Part shown: positions 38,063 to 49,273 of the stretch, one piece after another
Layout: every line of letters starts with the position of its first letter
Position numbering within the stretch: position 1 is the stretch's first letter
From: Octopus sinensis
Lineage: Eukaryota
Direction of reading: 5' to 3'
Assembly: GCF_006345805.1 (NCBI RefSeq)
Contig: NC_043003.1
Coordinates: 49,104,001 to 49,168,000 of the forward strand
Length of the DNA stretch: 64,000 nt
The notes under the pieces: model-generated
What the model was told of the DNA's origin: nothing
Seen by the model: only the letters and a program-made list of their open reading frames with translations
Databases searched by the model: none
Made by a program: the position numbers and the translations under genes

Positions 38063-40176
38063 ACGTTGCAAATATTGAATATTCTTGATTCAATCAATAC
38101 TGCTCTGCCCCTCGACTACAATTTTTTTTCTTGCCTCAAGATATAAATAAGAAAAATTGATCTCTGTACAATTTGCATATCGTATGTTATAGTCGTATCT
38201 AGTTAGATTATTGTAAGTAGCTATTCCTGCTGCTATATGTCTATCACTGATCAAAATTATATTATGATAATTGTAGAAAACCAAGATCATGATTAATGAT
38301 TAATTTTATCACTAAAGCTTAGCCGTGTGCTTCTTCGAATTCTACAAGACAGTTAACGGTTACATTTGATTATCCTTTAAACAAATTTTAAAATTTGATC
38401 ACGCGTTAGAGATAAATTAATGTAAGCTCTTGAAACAATATTAGATTGAAATATCAGCATATATAATATAATATATATATACAAACGAAGAACAGAACTA
38501 GCTGTAAAATATTGTCTCAGAGAAGCATCCCAACCAGGGTTGTGTGTTCAAATGCCGGGGACTCGCTACACTCATTCTGATATGATTTGGTCTCCCTAGA
38601 GATAAATGCCCAGCCATTCTGTGCTAAACCGAAAAGATTTGCTCCGATTTAGAAATCGGTAACCAAAATATTAACTGTTTAATTCGAAAGCTATCTCGGC
38701 TAAAATTAAATCAATATGCACTCATGAAACAGTATTAGATTCAAATAGCGGTGTGTATAGAATTTATAACGTCTATACAAAGATGGAACGGACCTAGCTA
38801 TATTTTAACTTTAACTTTATTTAAAGCTGTTTAATGTCTGTACAACTGACACTCAGCATGCATACAGCAGTTTGAATCAGATAAGAATGCTGATACTCTT
38901 CTTAGAATTCATATTTCATTAAAATGGTAAACTCTTCGATAAATAGGTTCCATGTAAATTACAAGAATTTTAGCTCTATATAGTAAATACTTTATTATAG
39001 TAAATAATATGTCGGAATATAGGTCCGAAGTACCATTCAAATGGCTCACATAGATAAATTAGCTGGTTATCTTCCAATAAAATTGCTGGTCTACGCTTAA
39101 CTACAAACAGTAACGTTCTAACACAAACAGAACACTTGTGTACAATTAATCACTGCTCCGTTTGTATCAGATATAATTCTTAGAAGAAAATGCGCAAACA
39201 TCTTAGTACAGAAAGTTTTCTTGTATTTCTCAGGGTTTAAATTTATGTCGCTGTGGTTTCATTCAAAAGTGCTTGAAACTCATATTTCTTGGTGACCCCC
39301 ACGGCTTTTTTTTGTTGATATTCGTTTACGAAACCTAATTCTTTGTTACATCAGTAAACTGTGCTTTTCATACAAGATTCCTTCTCAAGATCTTTGATAA
39401 AATGCGAAAAAATACATGCTATCCACATATGATTTATAAACTTGTTTAAATTACTTTTCAGTTATATTTTTGTTATAATGTTTCATGTAGATATGATATC
39501 TATCAACTCTGTATCAGATCCGAGGTTTTTAAGGACATTACAAAAAGTTTTTATGAGGTGCCTTCAAATAGCAGAAAACAGTCATGCTGTCATTCATCTG
39601 GTCAGATATAACGAGTTGAAACCGGTTGGGCATAGAGTTTTCAAGGATACAAATTACTTCGTTATGAATGATATACGAGTTGTGACTATTGAATTGATTT
39701 CTATTGAGAACCATTCTTTCTTTCATCTGCATAGATACACTTTCCAGTTGTAGCTTTGTTTCTAAGAGTTCTATGAGTAGTGCTTCATGTAAATTTTCCA
39801 GACGTGCTCTCTTCATGTGAGGCGTGAATAGTTTTGATTTTTTTAATAAAAACCTGAAGTTTGGATGCAAAGTCTATAACTATAATGAACCTTGTGTGTG
39901 CCGAAAATGATTCAACTAAGTCAGGAATTTCGCTATGAAGAATATGAGTTCTAAGTTGCTTCAATAGCAAGAAATTGTCCGGATACTTTAGCTTGGTTTA
40001 CAATGAATGTGAAGCACAGCCATGAGGTTTGAGTAGATCCCTTTCCAACCATGTGGACTCTGGTTCAAACGACTACATGACACATTCGGCACCTGTCTTC
40101 TATCACAACCGCTGAAACTTGTGAAGCCTGTCGTTTTTATGTAGTACATATGTATGTATGTGTGTGTATGAATGTA

Positions 40177-40450
40177 TACTCTTTACTCTTTTACTCTTTT
40201 ACTTGTTTCAATCATTTGACTGCGGCCATGCTGGAGCACCGCCTTTAGTTGAGGAAATTGATCCCGGGACTTATTCTTTGTAAGCCCAGTACTTATTCTA
40301 TCGATTTCTTTTGCCGAACCGCTAAGTGACGGGGACGTAAACACACCAGCATCGGTTGTCAAGCAATGCTAGGGGGACAAACACACACACACAAACACAC
40401 ACACACACACACACCACACACACACACACACAACACACACACACACAACA

Positions 40451-40483
<33 letters not shown>

Positions 40484-40646
40484 CACATATATACGACGGG
40501 CTTCTTTCAGTTTCCGTCTACCAAATCCACTCACAAGGCATTGGTCGGCCCGGGGCTATAGCAGAAGACACTTGCCCAAGATGCCACGCAGTGGGACTGA
40601 ACCCGGAACCATGTGGTTGGTTAGCTACTTGCCACATAGCCACTCC
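40177..40646 (-). mobile_element. SINE family A
   Basis: Homologous to 2051-2465. Confidence 0.88.
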
Positions 40647-40667
40647 AATACATATATGCATACATAT

Positions 40668-41883
40668 ATTTTATTTATTTAAAGGTCATAATACATGCAT
40701 GAAAACGCTACTAATAGTTTCATATGTTGAGAAAACTCAAACATATTCTTCAGACACAAATAACATATCATAATGAACTAAAGAAATTGAATAATAGAAG
40801 AAACGCGGAAAAAACCGAGAAGGCAGCATATAGAAAATACAGATAGTAAACAACGGAAAACGAAAAACAGAAACTAAAATGTCCAAAATAAAAAGGTAAA
40901 AGAACTATCCTCCTTACACCTTAAATGATAAGGCTGAAAAGATATCAAGTCAGTCAGGAATTGGCGGAATTTTCCACTTCTTCAAAATATATTTATACAT
41001 ATGCATGCAGCTACTGGAAATTTCTGACCTGGAGTTCAATAGAGAGTTAGGGATCTTAGATCTGAACAGAATCTGCGCTCTTTCAGCCAAACAAACTCTA
41101 CATTTATTTGATCCGTTCACATAGGTTATGGATTTCTCAATTATTTTTCATTTAAACACATGCGGTGTTTCGTTATCTTTCAAAGTCTATACGTAGCTAG
41201 CCAACTTAGTAGCTTTACTTTTGTCCTTATGTCAGAAGGAGGCTATGTGGCTGGCTGACCAATTTTTAAATTCACCTTCACATAATCCAATATAGGTCTT
41301 CTTATCAGTTGTATTATTATTTAGGGTTGTAGAAACTTCTGCCTCATATATGATAGAATTAGCAGTACATCGTTGGTCAAGTTGACAGTATCCTGGGTCG
41401 CGACAGTTGCAACTGGATTCAGGTTCTTGATATTGACCATGTGTAATGATACTCTTCATATTGGGGCAGCAGATGTATGATAATTTCAAAGAACGCCTAT
41501 TAAATATTTTCCTGTATCTCTGAGTAGTTGGAAGGTGTTTGTCTAGGAGTGACAGGAATCTTTTACCGATGTTAGTTTTTATATTACGGTAAGAGCAAGG
41601 GGTGAACCAAATAATTTTCGTTGGCCTATTTTTAGGTTTCTTATTAACCTGATAAATACTAGAGTAATTAAGTACTACTTTATCTTCGATACTACTAGGT
41701 CTATTGTTAATATTTTGCATATTATTAGAAAGAATATGTATTAATTTATCTATGAAGCCACTATTGGTAAGGTCCTTGTTACAATAGGGAGAAGCTTTGT
41801 TGAAAGTTTCTTTGGAAGAAGAGAGGTTAGACACTCTGTTACTAATATTAGCTATCAGGTTTTTACATACTACAGGAAGGTGG
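40668..41883 (-). mobile_element. Penelope-like fragment, left arm of fold-back (RT thumb/linker + GIY-YIG + HHR repeat)
   Basis: SNLSSSKETFNKASPY..NSGF, KIIWFTP..IKTNIGKRFLSLLDKH, CNCR..C.LDQRC..NSIIYEAEV..KTYIGLCEGEFK (GIY-YIG). Confidence 0.88.
40705..40758 (-). ncRNA. Type I hammerhead motif (left arm)
   Basis: UGUGU-CUGAAGA-AUAUGUUUGAG(UUUU)CUCAACAUAU-GAAA-CUAUUA-GUA-GCGU: long stem II, near-palindromic stem III, wobble-rich stem I. Confidence 0.7.
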
Positions 41884-42007
41884 CAAGATTGTTATGGAAA
41901 GGTTTATACGAGATCTCGTTAAAACCATTCCATAATCCTAATGAGAAACTCGTTTAAACCTTTCCATAAGCCTAGTGAGAAACTCGCATATATACATAGT
42001 CTTTTCA
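41884..42007. repeat. Fold-back apex: palindrome centre ACGAGA|TCTCGT plus 34-bp tandem repeat
   Basis: TTATGGAAAGGTTTATACGAG-AT-CTCGTTAAAACCATTCCATAA. 34-bp units at 41915-41948 and 41949-41982. Confidence 0.85.
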
Positions 42008-42063
42008 CCTTCCTGTAGTATTTAAAAACCTGATAGCTCATATTAGTAACATAATCTCTAATC

Positions 42064-44411
42064 TGCTGGGTCTCAAAGGTGTACCCCACGAAATTCTAGG
42101 ATCTAGGTAGATATTTGTGATGTAAAAAATGAATTTATAGTATATTATATCTTCACTTCAGCATTGAAATGTTCTTTACGACATATCATTATTGTTATGT
42201 TAAGAGCGGAAAGATATCCAGTAAGGAACAGCCGGTTGCCCGGAAGAAGGTTTTATACACGTTTTAAATTCGTTCAAACGAGTTTCGTACTGATGAGCAA
42301 GAGCAGCTGCTCAAGACCGTCGCGGCTGCTTAAGGCCGCGTTGTAGTGTAGCAGTGACAGGAGTAGTGATAGGTTCTGCAAGTGGAAGTGTTATGATAAA
42401 TAGTGCAATGTTTTTGCGTGACATATTCCTGTCACTGATATATCTATCTGCCTATCTAAAACTTTATTACTTTATAGAATTTTAGTCTATTATAGTGCTA
42501 CATTTGTTAAAAGTAAACGATAGGAAAAAGTTTCAGATAAATATACAATAATACACCCATACAAATGAATAAATTTCTAAAACAGAAACGTGAATGCGAT
42601 TCCGGAAGTGAACACAACAGAAACAGTTCCAGTAAGAGAGCCAAAGCGCGCTCTAATCGCAAATACGACGAATGTTATTTAGGATTTGGTTTCCATAGGA
42701 CAAGAAACATTTACTGCTATATCTTAAATGTATATTTAAAATGTCAAACGAATCATTGGTTCCTAGTAAACTAAGCAAGCATTTTAAAACCAAGTACTCT
42801 CATTTACAAAGTAAATCTATAAGTTATTTCGAAAGAGCAGATGATAGCAGGAAACTCTTTAGAAAGTATAACGACGATTTCTGAAAAAGTTCAAATCGCT
42901 TCTTGCAAGGTTTCAGAACCGATAGCAACAGAATTTGAAAAGCTCATACTTTATGCGAGTCACTGATTCTGCCTGAGTGTAACAGGAAATGCCAAGAAAG
43001 CGCAAGTCTTAGCATTTATTCGTTTTATTGATGAAGATCAAATTGTAAATCAATTTCTTTTTTTGCAAAGAATTAAGTGTGATTACAAAGGACGAAGATG
43101 TTTTCAACATTTTGAATAATTACGTGTGCAAATGGCAAACATCTTGGAAGTCGTGTGTTGGCATTTGTACAGATGGAGCTTCATCAATGGTAGGCTGCGT
43201 TAAGGGCTTTACAGCCTTCGTAAAAAAGCAAAATGAAAATGTCATAACTCATTGCTTTCTTCATAGAGAAGCATTGATGGCAAAAACATTAGGAGACAAA
43301 TTAAGAGAAGTTTTGAATCCAGCTGTTGAGATTGTAAATTATATAAAAACAAGACCAGTAAAGTCACGTTTATTCGAGCAGTTTTGTATCGATAGGGACT
43401 CACAACACAGACGCCTGCTTTTGCATACAGTGGTGAGGTGGCTTTCAAAGGAGAAAGTACTTAATCTTGTATATGAGCTACGACAAGACCTATTGAAGTT
43501 ATTTGAAGAAATAATTTTGCGAGCTCTTTCGATGTAAATTTTAGATTAGCAGATCAATGTATTTGGTTGATATATTTCAACATTTTGAATACTATCATGC
43601 AAGGAAACGAAGAAAATATTTTGACATCTACTGATAAAATGAAAGCATTTGAAAAAAAATACTGCTTGTCTGGAAGAAAAGAGCTTCTGAGGGTAATTTG
43701 GAAATGTTTCCTTTTAATATGCGAATTGCATAATTGATATCTTCCCTTTAATACTTGAAAATCTGACAAATTTGGAAGATAAATTAAATTATTATTTTCT
43801 TTCACTTAACACTGAACAGTACGCTTGGATTCAAAATCTATTCATAAAAATTTCAGATGATGCTAGTTTAACATTAACCGAAAATGAAGAACTAGCAGCT
43901 ATATCCACCATTATGGAATGAAGATTAGATATAAGGAATTTAGTCTTGAGAAATTTTGAATTCCAATCAGAGAAGAATACCAGTCTATATCCAAAACAGA
44001 TTTAGCCAATTTACTGCCATTTTCAACACAATATTTATGCTAATTAGGATTTTCCACTTTCCCCAACATCAAGTGCAAAAAGAGAACAAATCTTCAGTCT
44101 ACTGACGAGGAAATGAGAGTTTGCTTATCATACATAACGTCTTAACATTGAAGAAATTGCCAAGACACGCAAAATAAATGAATAAAAGTATACTCTTTTA
44201 CCTGTTTCAGTCATTTGACTGCGGCCATGCTGGAGCACCGCCTTTAATCGAGCACATCGACCTCGGGACTTATTCTTTTGTAAGCCCAGTACTTATTCTA
44301 TCGGTCTCTTTTGCCGAACCGCTAAGTAACGGGAACATAAACACACAAGCATCGGTTGTCAAGCAATGCTAGGGGGACAAACACAGACACACACACACAC
44401 ACACACACGCC

Positions 44412-44462
<51 letters not shown>

Positions 44463-44768
44463 TACGACGGGCCTCTTTCAGTTTCCGTCTACCAAATCCA
44501 CTCACAAGGCTTTGGTCGGCCCGAGGCTATAGTAGAAGACACTTGCCCAAGGTGCCACGGAGTGGGACTGAACCCGGAACCATGTGGTTGGTAAACAAGC
44601 TACTTACCACACAGCCACTCCTGCGCCTATGTATATACACTTTTTTCAGTTATTTCTATATTTCCTTACATTTTGCATTATATTTCTTAGCATTTTGTGT
44701 CTAGTGTGCTCGCAATATTTTGTAAGGGTTCAAGTGTTCTACGACCTCTAAAAGTTTGAGAACTACTG
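42064..44768 (+). mobile_element. hAT (Buster/Charlie/ZBED5-type) transposon, dead, inserted into the right arm of the fold-back
   Basis: RKYDECYLGFGF, CTDGASSMVG, THCFLHREAL, LLLHTVVRWLS, LLPFSTQYLC..GFS. Right TIR AAAAGTTTGAGAACTACTG; degenerate left TIR TGCTGGGTCTCAAA. 8-bp TSD-like pair CTCTAATC (42056-42063) and GTCTAACC (44769-44776). Confidence 0.88.
44191..44628 (-). mobile_element. SINE family A nested in the hAT 3' region
   Basis: Full-length family A sequence. Confidence 0.88.
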
Positions 44769-45915
44769 GTCTAACCTCTCTTTTTCCAAAGCTTCTCCCT
44801 ATTGTAACCAGGATCTAGCCAATAGTGGATTCAAAGATAAATTAATATATATTCTTTCTAATAACACGCAAAATATTAACAATAGACCTAGTAGTATCGA
44901 AGATAAAGTAGTACTTAATTACTCTAATATCAGGTTAATAAGAAACCTAAAAATAGGCCAACGAAAATTATTTGGTTCACCCCGTCCCTCTTCCCGTAAT
45001 ATAAAAACTAACATCGGTAAAAGATTCCTGTCTCTCCTAGACAAACACCTCCAAGCTACTCACAGATACAGGAAAATATTTAATAGGCGTTCTTTGAAAT
45101 TATCATACAGCTGCTGTCCCAATATGAAGACTATCATTACATGTGGTCAATATCAAGAACCTGAATCCAGTTGCAACTGTCGCGACCCAGTATCCTGTCC
45201 ACTTGACCAACGGTGTACTGCTAATTCTATCATAAATGAGGTAGATGTTTCTACAACCCTAAATAATAATACAACTGATAGAAGACCTATATTGGATTAT
45301 GTGAAGGTGAATTTAAAAATCGCTCTGCCAGCCACATAGCCTCCTTCTGACATAGGGACAAAAGTAAAGCTTCTAAGTTGGCTAGCTACGTATAGACCTT
45401 GAAAGATAACGAAACAGTGCATGTGATTGAATGGAAAATAATTGAGAAAGCCATACCTTATGTGAACGGATTGAATAAATGTAGAGTTTGTTTGGCTGAA
45501 AGAGCGCAGATTCTGTTCAGATCTAAGATCCTTAACTCTCTATTAAACTCCAGGTCAGAAATTTCCAGTAGCTACATGCATATGCATAAATATATTTTGA
45601 AGAATTGGAAAATTCCGACAATTCCTGACTGATTTGATTTCTTTTCAGCCTTATCATTTAAGATGTAAGGAGAATAGTTCTTTTACCTTTTTATTTTGGA
45701 CATTTTAGTTTCTGTTTTTCGTTTTCCGTTGTTTACTGTCTGCATTTTCTATATGCTGTCTTCTCAGTTTTTTTCCGCGTTTCTTCTATTATTCAATTTT
45801 TTAGTTCATTATGATATGTTGTTTGTGTCTGAAGAATATATTTGAGTTTTCTCAACATATGAAACTATTAGTAGCGCTCTAATACATGTATTGTGCCCTT
45901 TATATAAATAATATT
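44769..45915 (+). mobile_element. Penelope-like fragment, right arm of fold-back (continues 42008-42063)
   Basis: Inverted copy of 40668-41832, including VIEWKIIEKAIPYVNGLNKCRVCLAER..LLNSRSEI. Confidence 0.88.
45824..45877 (+). ncRNA. Type I hammerhead motif (right arm)
   Basis: UGUGU-CUGAAGA-AUAUAUUUGAG(UUUU)CUCAACAUAU-GAAA-CUAUUA-GUA-GCGC, with one stem II mismatch relative to the left copy. Confidence 0.68.
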
Positions 45916-45985
45916 TATCTCTCACCAGATGGAGCAATTTTTGGTGAATTTTCTATCACGGCTCAGTACATTATACATATATATA

Positions 45986-46034
<49 letters not shown>

Positions 46035-46157
46035 TAAAAGGAATTCCAGCCTTGTCTGATTTTCACGTTTTATTTACAATCTTATAATGATATAATATAA
46101 GATACATAATATAATAAAATAAAATAAAATAATAGAATGTTAAATGTTCATTCTGAT

Positions 46158-46202
46158 TGAACTAGTACTTTCATGCATTAAATTCTGCAATCTTCAGGTT
46201 CA
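46158..46202 (-). ncRNA. Minimal type I hammerhead motif in the PLE 3' repeat
   Basis: UGAAC-CUGAAGA-U-UGCA(GAAUUUAA)UGCA-U-GAAA-GUAC-UA-GUUCA: perfect 5-bp stem I, palindromic AGUACU stem III, CUA triplet, U-U mismatch at the base of stem II. Confidence 0.7.
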
Positions 46203-46266
46203 TGTAGTAGTGGTGACAGTCATGCTTCACAATTCTTGACTGTAGCGAGATGATTAAATCTGTGCC

Positions 46267-46379
46267 TTAAATACAGCTGTGTAGGCTCCAGATTGCTAGT
46301 TTTTGCAAACTGTATTCTGACCAATCAGTGTGTAGTATCACTCAATTATTTAAGCTGATTGGTTCGTTGAGCTGATTGG
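46267..46379 (-). promoter_or_regulatory. Three CCAAT boxes plus TATA-like TATTTAA upstream of the HHR
   Basis: CCAATCAG at 46321-46328 (+), 46355-46362 (-) and 46372-46379 (-). TATTTAA at 46267-46273 (-). Confidence 0.5.
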
Positions 46380-46626
46380 TTTAGGCGTCACGCTTTATTG
46401 AACATGTCATGAGTCCTTTATCTTAACCCTGGCCGAGGCAGCAATTGTTGGGCTATTTTTAGAAATGTTGTAAATAGCCTTTGTCAGAGATTTTTATATT
46501 TTTATATTTCAATTGTCATCATCATCATTGTCAGCGCCTTAATTATTGTTGCTAGTGGTGATGGTGGTGACAATAGAACATTTAACCCTAAATAAGATAA
46601 AATTTCCCGCTATCTAAGTATTATTA

Positions 46627-48075
46627 TTATTGCTTATTTAGCTTGGGTTCAAATTTATCAATAAAATTCTTTTCTCTGATTTTCCTCTCGATTTCACTTG
46701 GGCTGTGTAATTTGTAGAATGGAAATATTATATATATTTTCCGACCACATGTTGCTAGGTGGTTACTCAAAGGTATCTGACGGACCTCTGGGTCTCTAAT
46801 CTGTTGTCGGTGTACACGTGAGCGTTCTGATAGTGCATTTCCCGTCTGACCTACATATATTTCTTCACAATTTGGGCATTTGATGCAGTAAATTAAATTT
46901 CGGATTTTGCAGTTCATATTCGCGTTTGTGAATATTTTCCCGGTTTTTGTGTTTATATATTGGCCGGTATGTATGAATTGGCATGTGCCACAACGGCTAT
47001 CATTGCATTTAGATACAGTTTGGTCTTTGTTGATAAGGTCAAATTTTGCCTTTGTTAGTAATTTTTTCAAGTTTTTAGGCTGTCTTTTACCAAGAACCAT
47101 AGCTCGATCCGTGATTATGTCTTTTAATTCATTACTTTGAGCAATGATTGGTAGGTTTGCTTTGGCAATGTTGAAGATATTCTGGTGACATGGGTTGTGT
47201 GTCACTATGAATGGTATGACTTGTTCTTGTTTTCCTCTTCCTTGGGTTGTCCTAAGTTGTTGTATGGGTATTTTTATAGCCCGCTGTATGCCATTTTCTA
47301 TAAGTAGAGATGGGTATTTTTGTTTGAGCAAAAATTCTCTTAGTTCTGTTAGGCGTTTGTTCCTGATATTTGCATCTTCTATAATGGTACAAATTTTTCT
47401 GGCTAGGCAGTATGGAATGTTGCGTTTTGTATGTGGTGGATGGCACGACTTAAAATTTAGGTATTGATATGTGTATGTGTGTTTATAGTATATATCTGTG
47501 GTGATGGTGGTGTCTTTTTTAATTACCATTATATCTAGGAATGGTAATTTGGTACTACTCAACTCCTTTGTAAATTGGAGAGATGGGTGTAGGTTGTTCA
47601 GGAGGATATTGAACTCTTCCAGAGTATTTGTAGATTCTGTCCAGATTATGAAGCAGTCGTCAAGGTATCTCTTCCATGCCTTTTCAATATACTTTTTAAA
47701 TCCAGTGCCATAGTTTACCTCCACCTCTTGGTAGAGTTGTTGTTCTAAGTATCCCATTACAGAGTTGGCGTAAACGGGAGCAAACCTCGTTCCATCGCCG
47801 TGCCTCTAATTTGGATGTAATTATTTCCATTGAAGAAGAATGTGTTGTTTTCTAGAATAAGTTTGACTGTGTCTAATATAAATGGCACTGTGAATCTGCT
47901 GGGAATCACTTCTCTATGTTTTTCTAACCAGTATTTAATCGCCTTTATTCCTAAATCGTGTGGAATATTGGTGTAGAGGCTTATCACATCAAAACGTAGT
48001 AAAACTGAATTTGTTTCTGTTGTTTTGGGAAGATGGGACAGGAAGTCTATGTCATCCCTGATGAAACTGGGTATG
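46627..48075 (-). pseudogene. Penelope RT + GIY-YIG ORF with one frameshift near 47792
   Basis: IPSFIRDDIDFL, FDVISLYTNIPH, QIRGTAM(G)TRFAP.YAN, KRYLDDCFIIW, LPFLDI, NLIYCIKCPNCEEIYVGQTG. One G is missing in ATGGGA. Confidence 0.93.
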
Positions 48076-48094
48076 TAAGTATATATATATAAAG

Positions 48095-48290
48095 TTAATC
48101 CAAACATGAAAACACAAAGAGAAAACACAACAACGCGAGGACGTGGAACTATTGGACGCTCAGGAAGGAAGGGAAGAAGGAGGATTTTACGTTTCGAGCG
48201 GAGCTCTTCGTCAGAAACATAGGAAAAGGAAAGATCCAGAGAAGGGAAGACGGAGGAAAAAAAATCGTCAAATGTACACACGCGGTCATA
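48095..48290 (-). mobile_element. HHR-bearing PLE-type terminal cassette, unrelated to the 3' repeat of the adjacent element
   Basis: Pyrimidine-rich cassette with an HHR resembling the 30-kb motif. Joined to the truncated RT by a short TA run. Confidence 0.7.
48184..48218 (-). ncRNA. Minimal type I hammerhead motif
   Basis: GUUU-CUGACGA-A-GAGC(UCC)GCUC-GAAA-C-GUA-AAAU, with palindromic ACGU stem III. Confidence 0.72.
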
Positions 48291-49208
48291 CACAAAAAAT
48301 CTCTTCATCAATAAAAAAAAAACACGTTTGAAACAGCTGTAGTGGATGAACAGATTTCCATCTATTGCTATCTGTTTTTATAGATATATATATATTCGAA
48401 TTTTCTAATTATGCAATAGAAATGGTTCTAGATTAAAATCGTTACTTACATGACATTCTTAACATATGTATTTCGTTGTAAAGTCAGCGATTGCAATGGT
48501 TATCATGTGAGAGATCCCTTTATAGACGTTGTGTGCTAAAAGCGCTATATACCTCAGAGTTATTAGAAAAGAAATGGTTCCGGGCGCAACTGCGTGGGTA
48601 ACAGATGCATATTTCGTCGTTTTGTGGCTTGCCAATGCGAGGCACTCGAATCTCTTACGACACGAAATCACTTCGGCCAGTTTGAAGTATATAGTCAGTG
48701 AATAAACAACTAACTAATCTTGCAATGGAGCAACTAAGCTGAATAAACCACGAATTACGTAGCAGAAACATTTAGATTACAATCTTTATCTATATATCAT
48801 ACTTAGCTTATGTATATCACTGAATAGTCAGAGGCTCCGGTGGTCATCGCTGGAAAATTCCCTTTATTGATATTGCAGCCAATTACTTCATATATATATA
48901 TTGGATGAGTAACCGGCATGGGCAAAATTTATAGTAGGTAAAATTGAGAGCACTTCTAAAATATACACCACAACTATTCCTTTTGGAGTTAGAACTGCTT
49001 ATAGAAAGAAGAGAAAACAATGCTTAGTAAAATACACTTTGTTGCAAAGGCAAAGGTGTGTTTGTATGTACGTATACATACATACATACATACATACATA
49101 CATACATACATACATACATACACACACACATGCATGCATACATACATAAATACATACATACATATGTATACATACATACATATGTCTGTGTGTTTGTATT
49201 TGTTCGTC

Positions 49209-49273
<65 letters not shown>

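Larger units (their letters stand above)
46035..48075 (-). mobile_element. 5'-truncated Penelope-like element (RT + GIY-YIG + 3' terminal repeat)
   Basis: See the pseudogene, promoter and HHR features nested in this interval. Confidence 0.92.

Noticed and set aside
39538-39970. Overlapping minus-strand ORFs, one coiled-coil-like (LHEALLIELLETKLQLE)
   Set aside because: No family motif recognised; would need a translated search.
42285-42320. CTGATGAG in the hAT 5' region
   Set aside because: No GAAA after the stem; it lies within the transposon subterminal sequence.
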